Assembly: GCA_037441385.1 (NCBI GenBank)
Contig: JBBISH010000005.1
Span: forward strand, 1-64,000
DNA from: Myxococcales bacterium
GTDB lineage: Bacteria; Myxococcota_A; UBA9042
DNA: 64,000 nucleotides
Direction: 5' to 3'
Shown here: positions 1 to 9,811 of the stretch, in pieces
Numbering within the stretch: position 1 is the first letter of the stretch
Layout of the letters: the number at the start of each line of letters is the position of its first letter
Notes under the pieces: generated by a model
Database searches by the model: none
What the model was told of the DNA's origin: nothing
What the model saw: the letters and a program-made list of their open reading frames with translations, nothing else
Program-made: the position numbers and the translations under genes

Positions 1-95
1 ATTCTTCGGGCCCGAACCGGGGTCCCCGCCTGATTCTCGCCGGTTGCAGACCGGGTCAGAGGAACCGTACAGGCGTGAATCAGACGGGGTTCGTA
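1..95 (-). mobile_element. MITE-like repeat family A, copy truncated by the window edge
   Basis: Near-identical reverse complement of 14645-14739; ends in ...GGGGTTCGTA followed by TAA (TNA-type flank). Confidence 0.8.
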
Positions 96-110
96 TAACG
101 ACCGGGGCGC

Positions 111-1292
111 CTACTTCCAACGGGTCAGCACCAGCTCGCGTCGCCCAGCCAGGGTCGGTTCGGCTTGGGCCGTCCAGCCGGGCAGTTCGGCCGCTGAAGT
201 CCCCTTGATTTTTGCGCTTTTGCCCTGCTTCGTCTTGACGGGCGCCGTTGCGGCCGCCGTCGGGTCGCGTGTGGCTTTGCCGCTGCGGTCGATGAGCCAC
301 GCGCACGGTTGATCGCCGCACGTTCCTTCGGCGCGCCAGCCAGTTGCGTGGGGTCGCACGCTGCGCAGATCGTCCGACCCAGCCACGCTGATGTCGAGCA
401 GGGGGCGTTTTTGGCTGTCGAACACGACCATCCAGCCTTGGGCTTGGCCGGTGCGCGTCGATCGGCCGACCACGGCGGTCCCGTCGCTGCCCGTGACGAT
501 TGCCCGCGGTTCGTCGTCGGCGCCCGATCCCCACGTCATCTGGCCGCGTAGCCGGCCCGTATTGTCGACCCGGTACATATGCAACTTGTAGCCACCTTGC
601 TCGTGCAGGTTGGCGCGCGCCGCGATCCAACCACCGCCGTCGCTCGTGCGGGCGATGCCCACCGGGACCTCGTCGCCCGAGCCCGGCAGTCCGCGCCGCC
701 AAACCAGCCGCGGCGCCTTGGCTTTGGTGGGTGCCAGGCCCGCCTCTACGGTCATGAGCCACGCTGGCGGTGGCCCCCACATCGCCACGTTCGGCACGGC
801 AAAGTCGGTGAGAATCGACCGCAAGTGCTTGAGCGTCTGAGGCTTTCGCCCGGCGTCCAGGTCCGCGAGCATCAGTTCCGCTTCGGCCAGCGCATTGATC
901 CGCCGCTCCATAGCAATCCGTTGCGGCCCCGTCGCCGGATCCAAGATGGGCTTCCACTGCGCCACGGCCTCGTCCAAGCGGCCCACGGCCTCGAGCGCGA
1001 CCGCCCATTGGCGTCGCTCGGCTAAGGTGCGTTCACCGGCAAGTAGTTGCCAGCATTGGGCCGCCGCCAACCAGCGCTGCGCCTCGCCGGCTGCCTGGCA
1101 CTCGCTCGCCCGCACGGGCGGCAGGGGTGTGCGATCGGCCAGCGCCGCGCTTTGGGGCCGCTGTACTGGCGCCGGTTCGCTGGGTGGCGGCGCGGCTTGC
1201 TCCTGCTCGGGCACCAGCGGCGGTGGCGCGGCCTCGTCGGCCCAGGCAGGGACGGCCAACGCGAGTCCAATCGCCAAGATACGGGTGTTCAT
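111..1292 (-). CDS. Secreted hypothetical protein (signal peptide, TPR-like helices, C-terminal beta-rich/propeller-like region)
   Basis: 393-aa ORF, N-terminal signal MNTRILAIGLALAVPAWA, 3 bp downstream of the 5'-nucleotidase gene. Confidence 0.6.
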   Translation of the reverse strand: MNTRILAIGLALAVPAWADEAAPPPLVPEQEQAAPPPSEPAPVQRPQSAALADRTPLPPVRASECQAAGEAQRWLAAAQCWQLLAGERTLAERRQWAVALEAVGRLDEAVAQWKPILDPATGPQRIAMERRINALAEAELMLADLDAGRKPQTLKHLRSILTDFAVPNVAMWGPPPAWLMTVEAGLAPTKAKAPRLVWRRGLPGSGDEVPVGIARTSDGGGWIAARANLHEQGGYKLHMYRVDNTGRLRGQMTWGSGADDEPRAIVTGSDGTAVVGRSTRTGQAQGWMVVFDSQKRPLLDISVAGSDDLRSVRPHATGWRAEGTCGDQPCAWLIDRSGKATRDPTAAATAPVKTKQGKSAKIKGTSAAELPGWTAQAEPTLAGRRELVLTRWK

Positions 1293-1295
1293 GGC

Positions 1296-2783
1296 CTACA
1301 CGTCGTGCGGCAGCGTGCCGCGCAGCGACCGCAAGAAGACATAAGGCGTCTCCCACGCGAAATTCGACACCCGCGAAGTATAGGCGTCGGCGTGGCGCTC
1401 GACCATCCGCGCCAGCAGGCTCTTGTCGTTCCCGGTGCGCATCATCAGGCCCCAGAACGGGTTGTGCAGCGCGTTGGACTCGGCCACCAGCGGCGCAATT
1501 GCCGTGTCCAGGTCCACCAGCCGCTCGCGCAGGGTGTTCATGTAGTCTTGCAGGTCGTGCTGACCGGCCAGTACCGGCACCGGTCCGTGGTGCGACCGCT
1601 GCCGCTGCCGCAGCACGCGCAGTTGGCTAAAGGCGTGCTCCAGGCGCTCCTTTTCGGCCATCATCTCGTCGAGCAGGGCCTGGCCCTTGCGCCAGCCTTC
1701 CACGGCCTCGATCTCGTCCTCCAACTCGCGCAGGATCGCCACCGTGCGCCATTGCTGCAGCTTTTTGCTGGTATACGCGTCGCTGAGCATGTGGTCGCCC
1801 ACGTAGGCAATCTGGTCGCCATCCAGGCCGAGCGAGCGCTCCATCACCTCGGCCGAGCCGCCCGCGTAGATCTTGCCCGGCACCAGCCCATCGTTGTACG
1901 GCCGCAGCAGACCGTCGTCGCTCACCACCTCGTACAGCGGCTGAATACTCTGGAAGAACGCCGGTTTGCGCGACGAGACGATGATGATGTCGAAAAGATC
2001 ACGCCAGGTCATGCCCTCGGGCAGGTAGCGATCGAACGAATAGCCCATCATCGCGCGGGTATACGACCACTCGCTGTTGGTGACGAGCAGCAACTTCTTG
2101 CCCGACTCGCGCTGATCCAGCAGCGCCATCGGCAGATCCGGGTCCAGCTCCACGTACAAGTCGGGTTTGTCCAGGATCTCGGCCTTCAGCGCGCCTTCCA
2201 GGTGGGCGCGGTCCAGGGTGTAGCGCACCTTGCGGTACAGGTCCTCGTAGGTCGACAGGCCGGCCAGCTTGCCCTGATCGTACAAGTCGACCAGCTGGGC
2301 ATACATGCAGCCCTCGCTGATCTCGAACAGCGTATTCAAGAACATCCACCGCTGCGTGTCGGCCAGGTCGACCAGCGTGCGGCCGTACACCTCGCGCAGC
2401 TCATCTTGGCCCAGCATGCGCGTGCCGTGCATCGCCTGCTTGATGTAGCCAAAACGATTGGCCTTGATCAGGTTGCCTTTGCGCTTGTCGATCACCAACC
2501 CGCGCATCACACGGTCGGCGTCGAATTCCAAGGCCTGCACCGGCCAGCCCGCCGCTTCCAGGCGCTGCCGCAAGTGCGCGTAAGCACGGCCTTCCCAATC
2601 GCGCACTTTGTAGTGGACCAGCGTGTAGTCCATGTCGTAGCCCACGGCTTTGACGGCGCGGAAATTCAGCGTGCGGTTGCAGTAGACCTGGCGCGTCGCG
2701 GGCGGGTTGGCAAAGCGCTCCGAGATCGCGATCGGGTCGTCGTGGGCCAGATCGTTCAGATCCGGCAATTGGCTAGGGGTCAT
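1296..2783 (-). CDS. HAD-IG family 5'-nucleotidase (cN-II-like)
   Basis: Motifs VYCNRTLN, GYDMDYTLVHY, LLVTNSEWSY, SRKPAFF, YVGDH, ADAYTSRVSN. Confidence 0.9.
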   Translation of the reverse strand: MTPSQLPDLNDLAHDDPIAISERFANPPATRQVYCNRTLNFRAVKAVGYDMDYTLVHYKVRDWEGRAYAHLRQRLEAAGWPVQALEFDADRVMRGLVIDKRKGNLIKANRFGYIKQAMHGTRMLGQDELREVYGRTLVDLADTQRWMFLNTLFEISEGCMYAQLVDLYDQGKLAGLSTYEDLYRKVRYTLDRAHLEGALKAEILDKPDLYVELDPDLPMALLDQRESGKKLLLVTNSEWSYTRAMMGYSFDRYLPEGMTWRDLFDIIIVSSRKPAFFQSIQPLYEVVSDDGLLRPYNDGLVPGKIYAGGSAEVMERSLGLDGDQIAYVGDHMLSDAYTSKKLQQWRTVAILRELEDEIEAVEGWRKGQALLDEMMAEKERLEHAFSQLRVLRQRQRSHHGPVPVLAGQHDLQDYMNTLRERLVDLDTAIAPLVAESNALHNPFWGLMMRTGNDKSLLARMVERHADAYTSRVSNFAWETPYVFLRSLRGTLPHDV

Positions 2784-2831
2784 CCGTGGCTCCAGCAGGT
2801 GGGCAGGGTGGGGCAGTGTATGAGGGACGCT

Positions 2832-4040
2832 TCAACCCAGATCGGCAAGCAGACTTTGGCCCAGTCCCAGATCGCCGACCCGCCAGTTGGCGGCCAGGGT
2901 CTGCCCCAGGCAGGCGAAGCTCTGCAAGGTGCCATGATCGCGTCCGGTTTTGAAGCGGCGCGAGGCAAGAATCAGCGGCACGACCTCGCGGGTGTGATCG
3001 GTCGAGCCCATGTAGGTGGGATCATTGCCGTGATCCGCGGTCATGCACAGCAGGCCGTCTTCGCCCAGTGCATCCAGCAGCGCCGGCAACGCGTCGTCCA
3101 CTTCGGTCACGGCCTTGGCAAACCCTTGCGGGTTGCGGCGATGGCCCCACAGCGCGTCAAAGTCGACCAGATTGGTGAAGATGAGGCCGTCGCGTTCGCG
3201 GCAGGCCTGCAAGGTCAGCTGCAGTCCGTCGGTATTGCCTTCGCTGTGGATCGACGCGGGCACGCCGCAAGCTGCGAAAATATCTTGAATTTTTCCGATG
3301 CCGGTGACCATCACGCCGGCGGCTGTCAGCCGGTCCAGCAGCGTTCCGGGGGGCGGCGGCATCGAGAAATCCTTGCGGTTGTAGGTCCTTTTCCATTGGC
3401 CCGGTGTACCGACAAACGGCCGAGCGATCACCCGGCCGACGCGGTACGGATCCAGAACCTCGCGCGCAATCTGGCAAATGCGCCACAGTTCCTCGATCGG
3501 GATCACTTCTTCGTGCGCCGCCAACTGAAAGACACTATCCGCCGAGGTGTACAGGATCGGCTTGCCGGTGCGCAGGTGCTCGGGACCCAGTTCGTCCAGG
3601 ATCGCCGTGCCCGAGGCGACGCAGTTGCCCAGCACTTGGTAGCCCGAGCGCCGAGTGAACTCGTCGACGATCGCTTGCGGGAATCCGGGGTTGTACACCA
3701 CGAACGGCTCGGTGGTGCGCACGCCCACCATCTCCCAATGGCCCGTGGGCGTGTCCTTGCCGGCCGACACCTCGACCAAGCGCGCCAGGTGGCCCTGCGG
3801 CTGCGCGACCGGAGCCACGCCTTGCAAATCCAGCAGATTGCCCAGGCCCAGCGCCGCCAGGTTCGGTGCCTTGAGCCCACCCACCGCGCGCGCGCAGTTG
3901 CCCAGCGTGTTCACGGTCGGCGGATCGCCAAACTCGCCGCAGTCGGCGGCCGCGCCGATGCCAGCGCCGTCCAGGACCAAGATGCAGGCCTTGCGGAAGG
4001 GTCGAAGGGTTTCGCCTTGCGTTTTGCTCAATTGCGTCAC
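2832..4040 (-). CDS. deoB: Phosphopentomutase
   Basis: LVLDGAGIG, GKDTPTGHWEM, YTSADSVFQLAAHE, RVIARPFVG, NLVDFDALWGHRRN, TADHGNDP; GTG start at 4040 with AGGAG RBS. Confidence 0.93.
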   Translation of the reverse strand: MTQLSKTQGETLRPFRKACILVLDGAGIGAAADCGEFGDPPTVNTLGNCARAVGGLKAPNLAALGLGNLLDLQGVAPVAQPQGHLARLVEVSAGKDTPTGHWEMVGVRTTEPFVVYNPGFPQAIVDEFTRRSGYQVLGNCVASGTAILDELGPEHLRTGKPILYTSADSVFQLAAHEEVIPIEELWRICQIAREVLDPYRVGRVIARPFVGTPGQWKRTYNRKDFSMPPPPGTLLDRLTAAGVMVTGIGKIQDIFAACGVPASIHSEGNTDGLQLTLQACRERDGLIFTNLVDFDALWGHRRNPQGFAKAVTEVDDALPALLDALGEDGLLCMTADHGNDPTYMGSTDHTREVVPLILASRRFKTGRDHGTLQSFACLGQTLAANWRVGDLGLGQSLLADLG

Positions 4041-4372
4041 GTATTCTCCTGTGGCGGGCTGCCCAGATCGCCGCTGCGGGCGCGCTCGATCCAGCGGCGG
4101 AATTCTCGGTCGATGACTGCAACTCCACGATGTTGCAGCGGTCGCAGCAGCAGCGGCACTTCCAAGTCCAGCACTAGCCCATCGGCGCGCACCTCGAAGC
4201 GGCCGACCATCTTCAGGCCGCGCGCCTGGAACACCACCTCGGCGTGGCTGCTGTCGTGCCAGGTCAACTGCGGGTGAAAGCGCGCGAAACGCTTCATGTA
4301 CTCGGCGCAGGCCGCCTCGGCCGTGCGGCAAGCCAGCTCAAGGCCCAGGTTGTGATTCCAAGTGTGGCGCAT
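4037..4372 (-). CDS. Polyhydroxyalkanoic acid system family protein (PHA_gran_rgn-like)
   Basis: 111 aa, N-terminal HxLG motif and C-terminal VPLLLRP typical of the family; divergent from a phasin-like gene. Confidence 0.6.
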   Translation of the reverse strand: MRHTWNHNLGLELACRTAEAACAEYMKRFARFHPQLTWHDSSHAEVVFQARGLKMVGRFEVRADGLVLDLEVPLLLRPLQHRGVAVIDREFRRWIERARSGDLGSPPQENT

Positions 4373-4519
4373 GGACGGTCAGCGCCGGCGCCGGGGCCAG
4401 CGATGCTGCAGGGTAGCACCAGCAGGCCGCCTGCGCGAAGTTCGCCGTCTGTTTCGCCTATTCATTGTGCGTATAACATACGGATAATGATTGCAAATAG
4501 AAAGTTGTCCTGGAAAATA

Positions 4520-4570
4520 TTGTGCACCGCACAAAAAACTCTTGACGAGCCCGGACGGACGAACTATCTT
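4520..4570 (+). promoter_or_regulatory. Sigma70-like promoter (TTGACG-N17-TATCTT, 4542-4570) preceded by palindromic operator TTGTGC-N3-GCACAA (PhaR-like)
   Basis: Direct sequence reading in an AT-rich intergenic region upstream of the phasin-like gene. Confidence 0.55.
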
Positions 4571-4679
4571 TCTCTTGCGCGGTTGAGGAACGCTTCGCCG
4601 CGACGAGTCGAGACCGAACAGCCAACTTCATGTGCGTGTGCACAAACAACCGGCGGCCCGCCGCCACACCGAGGACACC

Positions 4680-5054
4680 ATGAGCGCCGACAAGACCGTG
4701 AACACCGCCGCGAACACTTCCACTCCCGAGACCAAGACCGTCGAGACGCCCTTTGGCAACTGGGCCATGCCCACCTTCGAGACCCTGAAGAACCTCCAGA
4801 ACCTGCAGAGCGTCCCCGGCTTCGAGGCGATGCAGAAGGCCACCCGCCAGCAGATCGACCAGCTCGAGTCGATGATCGACGAGTACGCCAAGCACGAGCA
4901 GAAGGCTCTGGAGCAGTCGCGTATGCTGATGGCCGAGATGACCCGCCTGAACCAGGCCAGCCTGGACTATGCCCTGTCGCTGCAGAGCGAGGCCCGCAAG
5001 CTGTGGCGCGCTCAGCTGCATGCCGCCGCCAAGCAGGTCATGCCGCAAGGCTAG
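4680..5054 (+). CDS. Phasin-like (PHA granule-associated) helical protein
   Basis: 124 aa amphipathic Ala/Gln/Glu-rich helices, GAGGA RBS before ATG 4680, neighbouring PHA-system gene. Confidence 0.55.
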   Translation: MSADKTVNTAANTSTPETKTVETPFGNWAMPTFETLKNLQNLQSVPGFEAMQKATRQQIDQLESMIDEYAKHEQKALEQSRMLMAEMTRLNQASLDYALSLQSEARKLWRAQLHAAAKQVMPQG

Positions 5055-5155
5055 TCGCCCGGCGTCCGTTGACCCCAGCGTCGAATGTGCACCTGCGAAA
5101 GCGGTGCGCGCTCGGCCTGGGGTTCGCGGCTTTTGGCGAAGAAATTGGCGGACTT

Positions 5156-6043
5156 CTACTTGGTCGCGGCCCGCAGTTTGTTGACCATCATCGCCGCTTG
5201 CTGCACCAGCGGGCTGTCTTTGGGCAGCACGCCTTGCGACTGGATGATGAAGGCCCGCAGCGCCGAGATCGCGCCGTCGCGGTTGCCCAGCTGCAGTTCG
5301 GCCGACGCCAAGTTGAAGTAGATCTGCGGCCTTGCCCGTGGCATCTGGCTGGCCGATTGCAGCTCTTCCTTGGCGCGATCCGGCCGGCCCAGGTCCAGCA
5401 TCACCAGACCCAGCGCCTCGCGCAGCTCGACCTGCTGCGGCGCAAACCGCAGGCCTTCTTGCAGCACCTTGCGCGCCTGCTCAAAGCCACCCACGTCCAC
5501 GTACAGCTGACCAAGCATTTGATAGGCCGGCGCAAAGCCCGGATCGCCCTGGATCGCTGCCCGCAGCTCCTGGTCCGCCGTCTTCTTGTCGCGGTTGGCC
5601 AACGCCATACGCGCCGCCAGCAAGTGCCCCTGCGGGTGGCCCGCGTCCAGCTTGAACAGGGCCTGCAGCGCGTCGCCAGCCTCCTTGAACTGCTTGTCTT
5701 CAAACAAGGCTTTGGCCAGCGCCAAATGGGCCTCGGCCCGGCCGGGATCGCCCACCACCGACGCGCGCAGGTGCTCGGCCGCCACTTTGTATTGGCTGGT
5801 GCGCACCGCAATCGTGCCCAGGTAGTAGTGGGCGTCAGCGTCGTCGGGCCGCAGCTTCAGGGCGTCTTTGAACAGGCCCTCGGCCGTGTCAAAGTCTTCG
5901 CGATCCAAGGCTTCTACGCCCCGGTTCGACAGGTCGACGAACTTCTTGTCCGTTTCGCCGCAACTCGCCAACAGGCCGAGGGCCAAGGCGGCGATCGCTA
6001 GCGCCACGTTTCGCCGCCGTGCTGCGGCGCGGTACATCGCCAT
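5156..6043 (-). CDS. Tetratricopeptide-repeat lipoprotein
   Basis: Lipobox LLASC, multiple TPRs (AHYYLG, AHLALAKAL, AYQMLGQLY, YFNLA). Confidence 0.8.
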   Translation of the reverse strand: MAMYRAAARRRNVALAIAALALGLLASCGETDKKFVDLSNRGVEALDREDFDTAEGLFKDALKLRPDDADAHYYLGTIAVRTSQYKVAAEHLRASVVGDPGRAEAHLALAKALFEDKQFKEAGDALQALFKLDAGHPQGHLLAARMALANRDKKTADQELRAAIQGDPGFAPAYQMLGQLYVDVGGFEQARKVLQEGLRFAPQQVELREALGLVMLDLGRPDRAKEELQSASQMPRARPQIYFNLASAELQLGNRDGAISALRAFIIQSQGVLPKDSPLVQQAAMMVNKLRAATK

Positions 6044-6046
6044 GGT

Positions 6047-7789
6047 CTAGCTCGACTTGAACTGGAAGGTCTTGTTGACCGTGGTGACGCCGCCGTTCTT
6101 GGCCTGCGGGAAGCGCATCAGCTTGATGATCGCCTCGATGCACTCGTCGACCTTGGCGTTGCCCAGCGTCGACGACTCGATCTTGACGCCCACCACCGCG
6201 CCGTTGGGCCCGATGACGAACTTGACCTTGACGGCGCCGCTCAGGTCGGGATTGCTCTGCAATTCGCGCTGATAGCACGCCTTGATCGCGCCTGACTTGT
6301 CGGCCAACACCTTCTTGATCACGTCGGGCGGTAGCTCGCCGTCGGCCGACTGCTGGCCACCCATGCGAATCACCTTCTGCGCCGGCGCTTTCACGTCTGC
6401 CGTCAGCTTGGGCCCTGGCCCGCCGGTGCCCTGCTTCTCTAGACCTGAGGCCACCTGCTTGCCGGCGTCGTTGGAACCGCCTACTTCTGGGCCCTTGCGC
6501 GGGCCGCCCGTGCTGCCATCGCCGGTGTCCAGCACCACCGCCGCGGCACTGCCGCCGGCCTTGACGTCGCTATCGGCCGCATCGCCCAGCGCCGCGAGCT
6601 TGGTGGTCGGCACGTTGTCCAGCGCTTGGTTGACCGCCTGGGTGGCCTTGTCCACTTCGGCCGCGACCAGCTTTTGCTTCATCTCTTCGCGCTGATCCGG
6701 GGTCGCCGAGTCCAGGGCCTTCTTGATCTCGTCGGCCTGCTTGTTGATTTGGGCCTGCTCGACTTTCTGCGGCTGGACCGGCTGCTCGGCCTTGTCTGGC
6801 TGCTTCTCCTCGGGCTTTTCTTCGGCCTTGTCTTCGGGCTTCTCTTCGATCTTGTTCTCGACCTCGATGATCTGCGCGACGCGCTCGTCCAGCTGCTCCA
6901 CGTAGTTCATCTTGCGGCGCGCGCGCGGGTCCGCCATCTGGAAGCTGGCGACGATCGGCCCCAAGATCACCAGGGCCGACAGCGCGAACGCAAACACCAA
7001 CAGCCAATCCTCTTTGTCCCACAGGCTGGGCTTGGCCGGCTTGGGCACGGCGCCGCGCGACAGCACGAACGTGAAGTCGCCAAACTCTACGAAAGCATGG
7101 GTCTTGGCCGTCAACGGCACGCGGTCTTTGGGCAGCGCCGTGGCGCCCGACTTGATGTCCGCGATGTTGTAAACATCCGAGCCCACGATGACCTGGCCGC
7201 GGATTGCCGTATTGCCCAGGGCCAGCGCAAACCCGTCCTTGGCGTCGGGCTGCACCAGCGTGTCGAGCTTCTTGCCGCCCATGACGTCGTCGGGCAGGGC
7301 AAAAACGCCATCCGCGCCAATCGTCACGGCCGTGGGCATCGGGAAGAAGCGCGCCTTGTGCATCTCGCCGGACCAGCGCATGACGATATCGAGGCCCAAG
7401 GCGCCCGTAGTCGGCACGCTGGGCTCTTGCTTGCTCGGATCGGTCTTGCCGGGGTCTTTGGGCAGCGGCGCCACGATGGTGTTGGCATTGGCCAGGCTGA
7501 CGGCCGACTTGGCTGCTACGGGCGGCGGCGGCAGCGGTCGGCTGGGCGGTGCTTGGTGGTTCAGCACCTTGGCCACTTCGGCGGCGTCGAGCATCGCTGT
7601 GGGCTCATCGCCGCTGGCATCGGTGGGCATACGCGTCACCATGGTGCCGTCGGGGTCCGAGGTCGACAAGGTCGGCACGCTCGCGGCTTCCGGCCCCGGC
7701 GGGCCCAGCTTCTGCGTGGCCGAGTCGATCACGGTCATGTTGGCGCGGTCGGCATCGCCCGGGATGGAACTCCGGCTCTTCTTGGACAT
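6047..7789 (-). CDS. AgmX/PglI C-terminal (TonB_C-like) domain protein, GltG-like
   Basis: Single TM (WLLVFAFALSALVILG), periplasmic coiled region, C-terminal IKACYQRELQSNPDLSGAVKVKFVIGPNG...CIEAIIK..RFP. Confidence 0.8.
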   Translation of the reverse strand: MSKKSRSSIPGDADRANMTVIDSATQKLGPPGPEAASVPTLSTSDPDGTMVTRMPTDASGDEPTAMLDAAEVAKVLNHQAPPSRPLPPPPVAAKSAVSLANANTIVAPLPKDPGKTDPSKQEPSVPTTGALGLDIVMRWSGEMHKARFFPMPTAVTIGADGVFALPDDVMGGKKLDTLVQPDAKDGFALALGNTAIRGQVIVGSDVYNIADIKSGATALPKDRVPLTAKTHAFVEFGDFTFVLSRGAVPKPAKPSLWDKEDWLLVFAFALSALVILGPIVASFQMADPRARRKMNYVEQLDERVAQIIEVENKIEEKPEDKAEEKPEEKQPDKAEQPVQPQKVEQAQINKQADEIKKALDSATPDQREEMKQKLVAAEVDKATQAVNQALDNVPTTKLAALGDAADSDVKAGGSAAAVVLDTGDGSTGGPRKGPEVGGSNDAGKQVASGLEKQGTGGPGPKLTADVKAPAQKVIRMGGQQSADGELPPDVIKKVLADKSGAIKACYQRELQSNPDLSGAVKVKFVIGPNGAVVGVKIESSTLGNAKVDECIEAIIKLMRFPQAKNGGVTTVNKTFQFKSS

Positions 7790-8103
7790 TACAGATCCTC
7801 AGCGGAACGAATCAGTTCTGCGAAGAAGTTCGTGCGGATGCGAATCAAGCTGGCGCGTTTGTTGTTTTTCAGGCCGTCGGTGACCGCCGTGTCGGGCCGC
7901 AGGTACTGGGTCTCGATCACGTCGTCTTCAAAGTTGTAGGTCTTTTCCTTCTTCTTCTTGGCCTTGTCGTCGGCCATCGCCGGGGCCGCTTGGCTGGCCA
8001 GCACAGCGCCCAGCGCGAGCGTACCCAGGGCGAGTACGGTCAAGCGACGCAACAGGCCGCGGCGCACGGTTCGGAGGGTGGGCAGGGAAGTGGAGGCAGA
8101 CAT
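7789..8103 (-). CDS. GltF/CglF-like small secreted gliding-motility protein
   Basis: Signal peptide then YNFEDDVIE...RPD...SLIRIRTNF..ELIRSAEDL, resembling the CglF/GltF signature; stop overlaps the start of the GltG-like gene. Confidence 0.7.
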   Translation of the reverse strand: MSASTSLPTLRTVRRGLLRRLTVLALGTLALGAVLASQAAPAMADDKAKKKKEKTYNFEDDVIETQYLRPDTAVTDGLKNNKRASLIRIRTNFFAELIRSAEDL

Positions 8104-8359
8104 GCGAACCTCGATCGACCGGGCAGGATGCCCACATTGCACCGCGGACCTTCAACGGGGTCGGCCTGGAGTGCGGCGGGGATCTCCGAGAAACCTCTTT
8201 AGCTTTGCGCGGTTTCGACTTGCTGGGTGGCGCCGCGACAAACTCCTGACGAAGACCCAACTTTGAGTATACGCAGAAGCGCACAGCCTCCGCAATCTAC
8301 TGCTTGGACGCCCGGTGCGGCATTTGGATCTTCGCCGAACCCGAACGCATAGGCGGCAC

Positions 8360-9811
8360 CTATGGCCCTTGCAGCGCCGCGACCAGCGCAGCAAGTAGGG
8401 CGACCTCGTCGGCGTGCCCGCGCCCAGCCCACAAGCTGCGCACATCCAGCCAGTAGTCGCCGTCGCTGACCCGACCCAGCAGCGGAGGGTGGCCGCGCAG
8501 GCCGCGATCCGCAAGATCCTGGGCAGTTGCGCCGTGACTCCGCACCGTCAAGGCGCGCGACGGCAGGCTGAGCAACGGGTGGGTGCCGCCGCCCACAAAG
8601 GTTTGGACGGCCTGGATTTGCACGTGAAACGCCGGCCCCAGGGCGGCTTGCAGGCTCGATGCCCAGCGCTCAGCGCGCCCCGCAACCTCGGCTTCGGCCT
8701 CGCGGCAAGCGGCCAGGACCGGCAACTGCTCGGCTTCGCCCAGCCAGTGCATGCGCAAGACCGCCTCGAGCGCCACGATCGTCAGACTGCCCGGCCGCAG
8801 CGCCCGCGCCAACGGGTCGGCGGCGAGTTGGCGCACCAGCTCTTGGCGCCCGACCAGCAGCCCCGCCTGTGGACCCCCCACCAACTTGTCGCCAGAAAAT
8901 GTAACCAGATCGGCACCTTGGCTGATGTGTTCTGCCACCGTCGGCTCGCCCAGATGCGGTTGACCTGGCAGGGGCTGCGGCCTGACCGGCAGCGGCGCCA
9001 GCGCCCCCGAGCCCAGATCGACGAGCAGCGGCAGGTGGTATTCGTGAGCCAGATCGGCAAGCTCGCGCAATTCGGGGCTGCTGGCAAAGCCGACCAGGGC
9101 AAAGTTCGAACGATGCACCCGCAAGATCGCCGCTGCGGGTCGCCCTTTGGCCGCCAGTTGCAGCAACGCGGCTCGGTAGTCGGCCGTGCGGGTGTGATTG
9201 GTGGTGCCCACCTCGACCAGCTCGGCGCCCGACGCCTCCAGGATGTCCGGGACGCGAAAACCGCCACCGATCTCGACCAATTCCCCGCGCGACACCAGCA
9301 CCGGGCGCCCCTGTGCCAGCGCGCGCAACGCCAAGAAGATCGCCGCCGCGCCGTTGTTCAGCACCAGGGCGTCCTCGGCGCCACTCAGCGCGCGCAGCAG
9401 CGGTCGGCAGTGATCTTGGCGACTTCCGCGTGTGCCCGTCTGAGCCTCGAGTTCCAGCGTAGTGTAGCCACCGGCGCACTCGGCCAGGGCTTGCACGGCC
9501 TGCGGCGGCAGTGGCGCGCGCCCCAGGTGAGTGTGAAGCAAGACCCCAGAACCGTTCAGGATCGGCCTTGCCGAAGCCACGGTTGCCGCCAAGACGCGCC
9601 TCTGCAGCGCGCCCGCCTGCACGGTTTGCAGATCGGCTTCGGCGCCAACCTGGCCAACGTCGATCGCGGCGCGCAACTCGGCGACGACTTGCCGCGCCTC
9701 GGCATTCCGCACAGATTCGGGCACGTTTGCGGGCCAAGCCGGGTCGGCGGCCAGCTTGTGGACCGCCGGAAGCTGTCGCAAAAGCGCAAGTTTGTCAGTG
9801 GCTCGCGTCAA
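8360..9811 (-). CDS. selA: L-seryl-tRNA(Sec) selenium transferase
   Basis: NGSGVLLHTHLGRAPL, NNGAAA, VSRGELVEIGGGFRVPD, EVGTTN, DLGSG, FSGDKLVGGPQAG; TTG start at 9811 overlaps upstream TGA. Confidence 0.92.
   Translation of the reverse strand: MTRATDKLALLRQLPAVHKLAADPAWPANVPESVRNAEARQVVAELRAAIDVGQVGAEADLQTVQAGALQRRVLAATVASARPILNGSGVLLHTHLGRAPLPPQAVQALAECAGGYTTLELEAQTGTRGSRQDHCRPLLRALSGAEDALVLNNGAAAIFLALRALAQGRPVLVSRGELVEIGGGFRVPDILEASGAELVEVGTTNHTRTADYRAALLQLAAKGRPAAAILRVHRSNFALVGFASSPELRELADLAHEYHLPLLVDLGSGALAPLPVRPQPLPGQPHLGEPTVAEHISQGADLVTFSGDKLVGGPQAGLLVGRQELVRQLAADPLARALRPGSLTIVALEAVLRMHWLGEAEQLPVLAACREAEAEVAGRAERWASSLQAALGPAFHVQIQAVQTFVGGGTHPLLSLPSRALTVRSHGATAQDLADRGLRGHPPLLGRVSDGDYWLDVRSLWAGRGHADEVALLAALVAALQGP

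Noticed and set aside
8110..8355. Possible selC (tRNA-Sec) downstream of selA
   Set aside because: No TTCAAA anticodon loop within a cloverleaf and no T-loop found by eye.
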